A DNA stretch of 64,000 bases from positions 124,001 to 188,000 of the forward strand of contig NW_020844266.1 of assembly GCF_003704095.1 (NCBI RefSeq), read 5' to 3'. A program made the position numbers and the translations under genes. Below the pieces are notes generated by a model. The model saw nothing but the letters and a program-made list of their open reading frames with translations, made no database searches and was not told where the DNA came from. Positions 53,401 to 64,000 of the stretch are shown here, in pieces; position 1 is the stretch's first letter; each line of letters opens with the position of its first letter. Origin of the DNA: Pocillopora damicornis. Its lineage: Eukaryota.

Positions 53401-56400
53401 CGAATGATTTCCTTCTTGGGAAGAAATTCCAGCACTTTCTCTAAGAACTGATCTAAGGCATGATTAGTGTAACACACCATGAGCATTGGCGAAATTCCTT
53501 CGGGGTCCCAGGTTTCTCGGTTGCCAAGTAAACATCGCACAATTTTGGCTCCAACATACGTCTTCCCCGTTCCAGGCGGGCCTTGAATTACCGAAAACTC
53601 TGTTGTAAGAGCAGTTTTCAAGGCTTCGAGCTGCGAATTGTTAAGGGGCAGTATCTCAACTGAGGGCCACGCCTCAGGCTGCAGAATAGGCACTGCACTA
53701 GCGTTTACTAACTCCGGTACATCCAAAGCCAAACGAAGATCATAACACACCGGATCATGGGTATCCTTGCGCCTCAGATACTCTGGTGGATTGACTTCTT
53801 CACTACATTCAACCAGATATTTCTTGAAGGGCATAGTGGCTTCATCCAATTCCTTTAGACCTGTAAGAACATGACGATACGCTTCAAAATAAGCGGGCGA
53901 CTCAACCATTTGGTAATCACATTTCAATTTTTCTATTCCAAAGATATCTTGTCCCTCAATAAAGCGAATGTCAATTCTTCCTTTCACCAGTTCAAATGGT
54001 TTTCGGTCAAAGACCGTGGCAAAAAGCATCGTCTCAAAGTTATCTTTAGAAAGACAGAGGAATGAGCCAAAAATAAGACGTTTTGAGTGTGCCCACTTTC
54101 TTGTATCGAACTTCGTAGTATCAAATTGCACTTTGTACGTTATACCAGACTTCGTAAAAGTCTTGTCGAAGATTCTTGCTCCCGGATAATTTCTCATTAA
54201 CTGTTTCCGCTGCCTTCTCGGTATATTCTGGACAATTTCTGGTATACCTTCTCTTAGTGGCTCAAGGAAATCCTCTCTCAGCAGTCGAAATTGCACATCC
54301 AGGTAGTGCTCGGCATCGTCATACCTCCCTTTAGTAATATTCTTTCGCAGGAAGGGTCGCTCTTGCGTTCTGATTTCTTTGCTAGTGGGACAAACTGGTA
54401 TGTCTCTGAAATCGTTCGGCGGCTTTTGCCCTGCCTTGTTGATGTAGCGTTTGCCATGCTTCTGTCTTTCACCTCTTATGATGTCGTCTCTAGCATGCTT
54501 AAAATCCTGCAAATCGTTTTGGAGTTTATCTTTTCCATCAATGTTCGAGTGTTCCAGGGCTCTTTTTAACTGGTCGTAAGGCAAATCAGCATAGGAACTC
54601 GGCAGATGTCTCAGATACTTCACAAATACTACGATAAGCCACTGAATAAGGTTTTTACGAGATTCTTGACCGTGCAAGGTTGTTGACCCCTGTATGCGAT
54701 CTAACAAACGTGGAATCTTGGAGCTTAAGAATACTGAGCCTTTAAGGCAGGCTAAAATCTTGTTCTTATACTCACTTGGAGGCGCGCTGCAAGCATTTGC
54801 TAGCGTGCAGGTGAGATCCATGGTAAACTCGTCACTGTTATGATCTTCCTCTTCAGATCTTAGAAAATACTTTAAACGAGCCATATTCTCATTCAAGATT
54901 CTGACCACCTCAATGGAATCCATATCCTTCAGTGGTTTCAGTTCCAGGGAATGGAATTTTCCAGAAAACTTACCACGAGTCTGGTGTTGTGCCCAAGGCT
55001 TTTGGTCTCTTACTCTTCCTGGCCGTTGTGCTTTGATCATCTCTGTATTGTAAGAAATCGGAATTTAGAAGCATCATTTTGTTATGTTCAAGTTATCAGT
55101 TATCCCATCATTTGCAAAGTAGTGGGAAAGGGGGGGAGGTTAATGTGTTTTAATAAAACGAAAATTAAAAAACCATGACGAATTTGGTGTTGTAAAACAT
55201 CGATCTAACGAGCATCACAAGAATCATGACGCTACTTGCTCGAGGCATCACGTTATGTTAACATTAGAACTGTACTCTCCCTCCCCTAACGTACCTTGAT
55301 TAACTCCCCCTTTTCCACGAGACCGTCCCCTGAATCCTTCATTCTTATTTTCCCAAGGTTTTGGTCTATTCCACCCTCTGTGACTTCGTCCGAGGTTCCT
55401 TGAGTTGCCATCTAAAATCAAACGATCAAAATCAATTGAAACGAAAGATACTACATCTAACTGCATAGGACAACCTGAGTACGTAAAGTTATCTGCAGAT
55501 ATTCAACCACCTTGTCGCTGCCATCCGTCAAAGCAGGTAATAATAACAACAGCAAAAAAATAATGTAAAGAAATGACAACTTTGAAAATGAAAAAAATCA
55601 ATAAATAAATGATACACACTCACAAACACATAACATGGAGAAAAACAAATTGGATGAAGGTAAATTTGTAAATTTGTAAATTTGAGAAACTGCGACATTC
55701 TTATGTAACCGTTAGAGGGCTAATTGCAATTGCATGTCAGGGAAACCAGTCAGCAAGTGGGTACGAATAATGATTTTCAACCGAACTGGTCGAAGGCATC
55801 TACCAAAAATCTTAACTACCATCCGTTTACCTGGTATTTCATCGGCGATTGTTCCACATGCACCTACTCTTTGTTCAAAGGGGTGAGGTTCTTGCGTTTT
55901 AGTGAAGGGTGGTCTTTGTTCTGTTTCCTCTGATTCTAAATATGTAAAAAAGTTAAACTGATATGAATGGAAACGTTTCACCTCGTTATGGCTATGAGTA
56001 AAGATCTTCTTTCCATTTTTAGTTTCTTGCTGGCCTAATTTAACTCGCAGGTAGCAATTCACACTTAAGCGGATGACAAATGTTAGCTCGTGTAAAAAGG
56101 GGTTGGTCAAGGAACTACCACTTTACTCTCTTGTTGATTCTCGTTTGCGTTTTGTACATCTTGAAAGGTATATATTATTTTATATGCACGTTAAGTTTTC
56201 CAGGTAGAACAGTTAGTTATGTGCCATTTGCGTAGCAATGACAACTTGCCTTTGGGTATTCTACAAAAAAGAAAATGTATGTGAAATGTGAAAAACATAT
56301 GCTTCTGTTTTTCTCAAGGCCATACCGCTCATGTGCAGTGTTCCCTAACCCACCTACAGAAAATCTCACCGACAAATCCTCTGGATAATTTAACCGTGTA

Positions 56401-56565
56401 TGCCAAGACACCATCTAAAGTCTGTAAATCACAAAGCTAAACAACTAGAACTTGAGCTTGAACCGAAAGTTTATGCACAAGATGTCCGTTCAAAGATTTT
56501 GTAAGAGGGTCATGTATTCGGTTACCTTTGGAATCTTTCTTTCGTCTTCCCTTCTTCCAAGGCAT
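47463..56565 (-). CDS. ZNFX1: NFX1-type zinc finger-containing protein 1-like (paralog C), about 2613 aa
   Basis: Main exon 47463-55042 (acceptor cttacaatacag) has complete helicase motifs and about 31 finger units. Predicted upstream exons: 56526-56565 (gcaccATG, MPWKKGRRKKDSKG), 55831-55935, 55295-55411. Confidence 0.95.
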
Positions 56566-57929
56566 GGTGCCTAAAAGGAAAGATAGGCGATTTGAACCTA
56601 AAAATTTAAGAACCATTCGATCTTAAGTACAGATCACGGTTTCCAAAGAAAAATCAATGTATTTAGAAAGTATATCGGATTTAAGTTGTGGGTTATTGTA
56701 AAAAAAAAATTTACAATAATAACGTGAATTGGAAATTTTAAAAATAAGATGATATCAGTGGTCTGAATAATTTTATGTAGAAGTAAATCAGTGAAAGTGA
56801 GGACTCGAACATATGGAAATAGATTAGAGAACTTAATTAACTGCACTTTTACAAATTCTTTACATGTTTCTTTGGATTAAAATAAGAATCTGTCTGTTCG
56901 TTCTTGAATAATCCACGAGGATTTTCCTTGTTTAGTGCTTCGAATAAATTTATCCATAATAACTCAAGCACAGTATAGTCCAAATTCCCGTGAAATAGAA
57001 CAGGTGCGCTTGTCGATCTGTTCTCACAGATTTGCCATAGAATTTGAAGAAACGAAGATTACCGCACTTGAAACGATTAGGTAGAAAGTTCAAAGTCCCT
57101 CAGATATCTTGAGATTTTGATGCACCGACGGTTTTGGCTACTAATGCTCTGTGATGAAACAACGTTTTCAGTTTCAGCTTTTTTATTAATTTTGATTTGC
57201 TTCTTGGCTAGGCAGCACGGGCCCGTTGTGATGCAGCTTCGATAGTTGTATAAATTTCTCTGAAATGCGACCCATGATATTTTAGGAGCCCGTATGATAG
57301 AAACGTTTTGGCTAGCAGATGCCAACAAATTCGATCGCACTATAAAATTTAGACAGCCAGGTGGCATGGCGTAATAACAAACATTCTGTGTTTTCAAAGT
57401 TGGAAAACATGTGCTGAGAAAGGCCCTCAACAAAAGCGTGATGACAGTGAGGTATAGCATTACAAAGATCTGTCTGAACACATTGGGAAATACAAAGGAA
57501 AACCCTCAGTTTGAAATCAAAAATCCAAAAGCCCCATAAAGTTCTGACTAATGACACATACATTATCATTTCAATTACGTCACAAAACCTAAGTAAAGTC
57601 TTGGAACGTAATAGAACAATGTAAAGAAAACAGTTTGTATATAACAAATAATGGAATATTTATATTTAGAATGACTTGCAATTGCCGATCAGTTTTATGA
57701 GCTAACTCACTTAACTTGGCCGTAGATGAACGGGGGAGTTTTGACGACACTCGCAAAATTTCGATATGGAATACCTCCGATTGATCGAGAATTTTTTTCA
57801 TTCATTTCTATGATCTATGATCGGGAGCTTTTCTCCTTTCTGAATTTCACAGACATAGTAGTTCACCGGTATGCAAATTTGAAAGTTCGTAGCTGAACGG
57901 TGAAACCTGAAGAATAAAGTGGTTAATAT

Positions 57930-58953
57930 TTCCTTACCTCGCTTAATTACGCATCCCAAATCTAAAATTTAGACTCCGGGGACGACAGCTATCATCTTCA
58001 TTTGTTCAGATTCCCGTATACGGAGAAATACCATGGGTTTCCAGTGCTGAGTAGCCTCGAAAATGTTGCTTTCTCATATAATAACTTCGCTAATCCAATT
58101 CTCGGAAAATCGTCTGATTTTAATGAGATTCCTATCTTTCTAAGAAAAGCTATACGAAAAACTGGAATGGACAACGGATCGTCCTAGGAACGCGTCCGTT
58201 TCATTTTTAAGAGAACAAAAAAAGGGTTATTGGGTCAGGGGTTAACGAAATGGAAGAATTTAGCAAATTTTCATTATTTAATCATTCCCGGCGGAAGTGA
58301 GATGTCAAACTGATATAATTGCTTTGGAAAAGTTGATTTTATATTTGCGTTAAGGGCCTCTACGAGAGAGTTAAAAAAGGCTGGATGACCGGAGAATGCT
58401 GTATCCTGTTCACAGATCCTTGTTATGGACCGAAGCCGACGACAACGCGACGGACTGGTCCACGAAAATATTTATGTGTGCGCCAATTACGTTAACTTGA
58501 AGATATTTTGGTCTCACAAAACAATTCAGCAAAGGTTGTGAGGTGGTTTAAGCATGGAAAGACAGGTAATCTGTATGACTCTATCACTTCCTTATTAAGA
58601 AATTTGTTCACTCTTATTGCATTCCTGTAGCCTTGGATCTTTTTCTGTTTCATGAAGTTTGTTTTCTCTTCCATTCCGTGAATCCAATGACAAAATTTCG
58701 CCCGGTGTGATAAATCCGGTAGAGCCTTACCCAGCCAGCTTTGTGAACATTGACCAATCACATCACGTTCTACATTGGTAACCGTTCCTAACACCACTTC
58801 CTCCTTTTCCGCGAAACGACAAACGACATGGCCGACATACTTTGCTGTCGAGTTATTTTGCTTTCGAAATCGTAAAACTTTGACGATCTTTCTAAAGAGC
58901 GTTGCTTTCCATCAGTAGATATAATTTGTACGACGGAAGGAATATCTTGTGTC
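57930..58953. promoter_or_regulatory. Putative bidirectional promoter between C (-) and D (+)
   Basis: CpG-retaining interval between divergent genes. It has a CCAAT box (ttgaccaatca, about 58750-58760) and an ETS-like CACTTCCTCC (about 58795), both conserved in the duplicate at about 20350-20410. A putative non-coding exon donor for C lies near 57937. Confidence 0.55.
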
Positions 58954-61900
58954 ATGGATAGAAATTATTTTGTGGGTAGAAGAGGTCGTGGTGGTAGTGG
59001 AGGCAGAGGCCGAGGCAGAGGAAGACCACCAAATACAGGAGAAGGTAGGATTAGTTATTGATCGCTTTAAAGAGGAGAAGTTCTTCTCATACTAGCCCAG
59101 TTTACATGGTTCTATCTTGTTCAGTAGATCTGAGCTTTTGATTACGTGACGTTAACTCTCTCTTAGGTTTCAGTGGGCAATTGTTAAGGAATTTACTCCG
59201 CGACTCCTAAGTTATTCTCTTGATTCCTAATTAAGACGTGTTTAACTGATACCAACATGAATGAATCTTACAAAAACTACATTCATCGTCGATTCAAATG
59301 GTATTGCGACAATTCTTAATTGACGTAAGCATCCAGAAGAACAAAATAATGTAGATCGTGCAGAGCTCACGGTACTTTCCAATCGGTGTGATTTGATATG
59401 AGGATATTATTCAAAAGAAATTTTTAGGAATTCATGCATCATTCGATGTCAGCCCTGAATTAGGAAGAACCAAATTCAAGCAGAAATTTCAAATTTTTTT
59501 CCGCTGTGGTTATTCTGATTAGGAGACTAAAAACAGGTAATGGATGGGTCGTGTCTGTGTCAGATATTATGATATTTTCAAATACGAATGTATATATAAA
59601 CACAATTCTGTTTGGTGAATCTTACATTGAAAGAAATACACTGATTACACACCGGTTAAAAAACGCTATTTTTGGTGCATCTGCCTATCCACAGTTGAAA
59701 AAAAAATTAGAAGTTGAGGAGTCGTTCTCAGAAAAATATTTTGGAATTTCTACTTCGATGTTGATCTAACGAACGCGGACTAAAATAAGATACGCAAATT
59801 TTAGCCTCAGTGATTTCAATTCTCCACGGGAAATCTGCAATTGCAAACAGTCTTTCATAAGTTGCTTAAAACCCCAAGACGAATGCAGCTCTACAGTACA
59901 TCTCAACGTAAAAGAATTACACACTGCGTGACACTTGCGTTGTTAAATTTTATTTCCAACGAAATCAAGAGCTGTGATCTCACTTTACTTCAAAAGTAAG
60001 AAACACTTTTACGGGCATAAATTACAACATTACGTTGATTTACCTTGATTGATCCCATCAAGTCTTTCTAACTTTGATTAGTATATCAAGAGCTGGAGCT
60101 TTAAATTCTCTTTGAATGATCAAAGGGCAGAGCTTCTTAAATTCTTAATCATCCAAGAGGTATACAGTTCACAAACATAGCATTACAGTAATCGTAATTT
60201 CTTTGCTGCATGAAACCATTAACCCTTTAACTCTCAGAAGTGATTAAAATAAAACTTCTCCCTACAATATCCATACATTCTTCAGCAAACAGGTAATGAG
60301 AATATTCAAACTTATCAGGTAGAAGCTGCTATCTTGATCTAGCACCAAAAACTCATAATTAATTTGCAAGGAAATGTGTAGCAGCCACAGGGGAGAATTA
60401 ATAATAAGATCTTGGGAGTTGAAGGGTTAAGTAACTGGAACAGAAAAGAGAAAGCTGGTTTATTCTAAAATTTGCTCTAATTATCACCTCTAAGGTAGGC
60501 AAAGTGGTCCGCATCTTGGTTATCGAAAACTGCAAGAGATTAGATCTACGGAACCGTCAGAGATGGCAATGACCCTCCTTAAGTATCGCGACAGCTTCGA
60601 AGTGTTGGTAAACGCCGAGGATATCAAAGAAGATTGGATGACACTGCTTGTGGAAATCCTGGGCAAAATGTGTGATACTATGATGACCCAGAATCTGATA
60701 GAAGTGATGTCTATCTGCAAGGGATCCGCCCTTATGGCCACTCATTTGCCTAAATACATCTTAAATCTCCCTTTTATTAAAGAGGATATGAATTCAGATC
60801 AGTTTTCTTTACTGGTGGAATGCTTGATAACTTTTTTCAAGGAATGGCTTGCCAAACTCCCCCACTCCTTCTGTCACGACGTTCCTATTGATAAACTCAG
60901 TGGAGTTATAAACGACATTGACGTAAAAGGGTTTGAAAAATACAAGAAAGAGGTGGAAACGCTTCTTCTTGAAAGACGCGAGCAAATTAGGAAGGAGAGA
61001 GTAGTAGAACAAGCATCGAAATGGCCGAAAGTTAAACCTCAAGAAGTGGAGCCACCCCCACCGAATGACTTTAGAGAAATATCCATTTATCCAAGCGAGA
61101 CTGAAATTAATTCAGAGGAGAGGCCCTTTCTGCGACGAAACAAAACTGCTGAAACGGAGAAGTACAAAGACCTAAATGATTACTTGGATGTTCAATTCCG
61201 CCTTCTTCGCGAAGATTTTGTCGCTCCACTGCGCGAGGGAATCAGAGAAATCAAGAAGAAGGTCCCCAAGAAAAGTCGATCGCAAGACTTGAACATTTAT
61301 GAAAATGTCGAAATTATGAACACCGGTTATACAATGGCTGGAGTCGTTCATAGCATTCGTCTGGTGATGAAAAACCTCGGAAAGATACCGTGGGAGCACT
61401 CGAAACGCTTACTGTATGGATCATTCCTTTGCTTGTCAAAAGATAATTTTAAAACCATGCTGTTTGCGACGGTAGCAAATCGGAAACCACAAGATCTTCG
61501 GTCAGGAAAGCTGGACATTCGATTTGTCGACGACCTCGAGGGTACCCATAGAATGCTTGATAAGTATGTAATGGTGGAATCACCAGCTTATTTTGAGGCT
61601 TATCGACCCATTCTGCACCAGCTACAGTATATTACCACAGATACGTTTCCATTCCAAGAGTACTTGGTCCATTGTAACCCCGATGTCAAGCCTCCTCAGT
61701 ACCTCAAATCCAAAAACCAAGTATGGTACGACCTGAGAGAGACTCTCAGTGTACTCGAGGGCGCGGACAAAGTGGCCATTTGCGACTTTGAGACATGGCC
61801 TGACGTCGATGACGTGAAACTCAACAATTCCCAATTTCAAGCGTTAAAAGGTGCCTTGACGAAAGAGTTCTCGGTCATTCAAGGTCCTCCAGGCACAGGT

Positions 61901-64000
61901 AAAGTTAACTCAACCTCCACCACTCGGTAAATAGTAATGTAACTTACCCAATATTTTAACTGTTATTTTTCGAAAGGAGTGTAAATAGTGTGTTAATTTT
62001 GAAATGTGCTTTTAAGTCAAAAAGTGGTCTATATTGAGGCTTATTGAGCTTTATTGGCCGAGAGTCGAAGTAACTTGATCACTAATATATCTTTCCATAG
62101 CTTATATAGAGAAGAAATTTGTAGACTAACCTCACGCGTGTTTCCCAATACATGCTGGAGTTTTTAAAGCCACAAGAATCGATTTAAAGCTAATGGTGAT
62201 CCCATTGGTAATCTATCACTTTTTTTAATTACTTTAAAATACTTCAAACCCTATCATCTGGCATCGGAGAGCTAGCACTGTGACAATGTGCCTCCGAGCA
62301 GCATGACACAATGACGTCGGCCAACGCTCACCAGCCGGTCACCCCCTTATCAAGGGCGCTAATCAATAACTAATTTAGTAATTTTCCCTTATATTTTTTT
62401 TCATCGTTTAATTATGTTTCTTTACCTAATTTCTTCTAGGTAAGACGTACGTTGGTTTAAAGATTGTGAGAGCCCTTCTAGACAACAAGCATGTCTGGAA
62501 CGAGGAAAAGAAGTCCGCCATGTTGATGGTTTGTTACACAAACCATGCCCTGGATCAGTTTCTGGAGGGAGTACTAAAATTCCAACAAACAGGAGTTATA
62601 AGAGTTGGAGGCAGAAGTTCTTCGGAGAGTCTCAAAGCCCACAACTTACAAGAACACACACAGCCTTCCGACAGCAAGCGCTGGGTCAAGCAAGAAATGA
62701 CGAAATGCCAAGACGCCATCCAAAGAGCACGTAGCAAACTGGCGCGGAGCAAGCGAAATATCCTCAGACTGGGAGACCTGCACAGCTATGTCGGTCCGAA
62801 ACACTTCGACCAATTCAAAGCAAAAGAGAGCATTTTAAACTTGCAAGGAAAATCAGTTCTTGAAAACTGGCTAGGTCTGGAACAGATCCCTGTGACAATG
62901 AGGAGTTCATTGAATGAGACTCCGACCGCCGAGTCCGTTGCTGACAAAGGTAGTTCCCGTGAAGATGCTAATGAAGTTATGGAAGATAACATCGAAGTAG
63001 ACAGAGATGCTGAAATTATTCAAAACCAGCGCTTGCTAGGTGAGAATCAGTTCCAGCTTCTAAAAAAACAGGACAACACCGAGCGAGAAAAACAGTACCC
63101 TACCAATCTCTCGGAAGATCATTTGAAAGTTCTCGCAGGAGAATCCAAGCTTCAACCCCTCACTGTGACCCAACTTTCCAAGATTAACAATGTTTGGAAC
63201 CTTCCCTTCGAGGACCGCTGGAGGCTGTATTTGTTTTGGCTCAGGTTGTTTCAATCTTACTGCCAAGAAGAAATTTCACAGAGGAATAAGCAATACGAGG
63301 ACATCTGTAAACGCTTCACAGAGATTAAAACCCAGGGAGAATTGCACGCCCTAAAACATGCTGTAGTGATTGGAATGACCACTACTGGAGCTGCAAAGTA
63401 CCGCGCCCTACTGGAAGAGATTAAACCAACAATAGTCGTCGTTGAAGAAGCAGCAGAAGTTCTTGAAGCTCACATCATAACGTCCTTGACTAAGAACACG
63501 CAGCATTTGATTTTGATCGGTGACCACCAGCAGTTGAGACCGAACCCGTCCGTATACACTCTAGCGAAGGACTATCATCTTGATGTGTCCTTGTTCGAAA
63601 GAATGGTAAATAGTGGGATGACGTGTTACCAGCTCAACACTCAGCATCGAATGAGACCTGAAATCGCGCGACTTATGAGGTTCATCTACGAAGATCTTCA
63701 AGATCATGAAGAAGTTCATACATACGAAGATGTGAAAGGTGTATCCAAAAACATTTATTTCATAAATCACCAAGTCCTTGAAGATGAAAGTGAAGTCAAT
63801 GACAGACTCAAGAGCCATTCAAACAAACACGAAGCAACATTCATCGCAGCACTTTGCGAGTATTTTATCCTGCAAGGGTACGCACCACATGAGATAACGG
63901 TGTTGACCATGTACACTGGGCAAGTTATCACTCTGCAAAGGACAATGCCAAAAGATAGATTTGAGGGAGTGAGAGTCACGGCTGTTGATAATTTTCAAGG
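58954..64000 (+). CDS. ZNFX1: ZNFX1-like paralog D, canonical-looking, 3' end beyond the window
   Basis: Exon 58954-59044 (MDRNYFVGRRGRGGSGGRGRGRGRPP..., donor gtagga). Exon 60495-61898 (LGYRKLQEI...YLDVQFRLLREDFVAPLREGI...QGPPGT). Intron 61899-62439 splits Walker A. Exon 62440 to the window end continues GKTYVG, CYTNHALDQFLE, VVEEAAE, LIGDHQQLRP, QHRMRPEI, VDNFQG. Confidence 0.93.
60219..60430. mobile_element. TTAA-flanked piggyBac-like MITE in the first intron of D
   Basis: ttaa-ccctttaactc...gagttgaaggg-ttaa. Confidence 0.8.

Noticed and set aside
56100-56415. Extra small phase 1-1 exon candidates in C (about 56127-56159 and 56370-56414)
   Set aside because: Plausible splice sites but no homologs in the other paralogs; left out of the model without transcript data.

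Overview
Eukaryotic, AT-rich, intron-containing DNA, most likely from a stony coral (inferred from the repeat families, not proven). The window is a tandem cluster of five ZNFX1-like genes (UPF1-like SF1 RNA helicase, NFX1-type zinc-finger array, RING-like module, C-terminal RZ-type finger). Three are complete on the minus strand (A 7245-18076, B 30875-42165, C 47463-56565). A fourth minus-strand copy (Z) has only its five 5' exons in the window (14-1649). A plus-strand copy (D, 58954 to beyond 64000) lies head-to-head with C and looks more like canonical ZNFX1. I reconstructed the short 5' exons by hand: every intron is phase 1 and every internal exon is symmetric. The three complete minus-strand proteins keep intact helicase motifs and carry about 31-35 zinc-finger units. 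All three have a remodelled RZ finger lacking the Cys and distal His that are catalytic in RNF213/ZNFX1 E3 ligases. Other features: an orphaned copy of D's promoter and exon 1 next to A, followed by a CpG-depleted domain; a disrupted orphan ORF (26.5-29.4 kb); and several MITEs, Penelope-like and LINE remnants.
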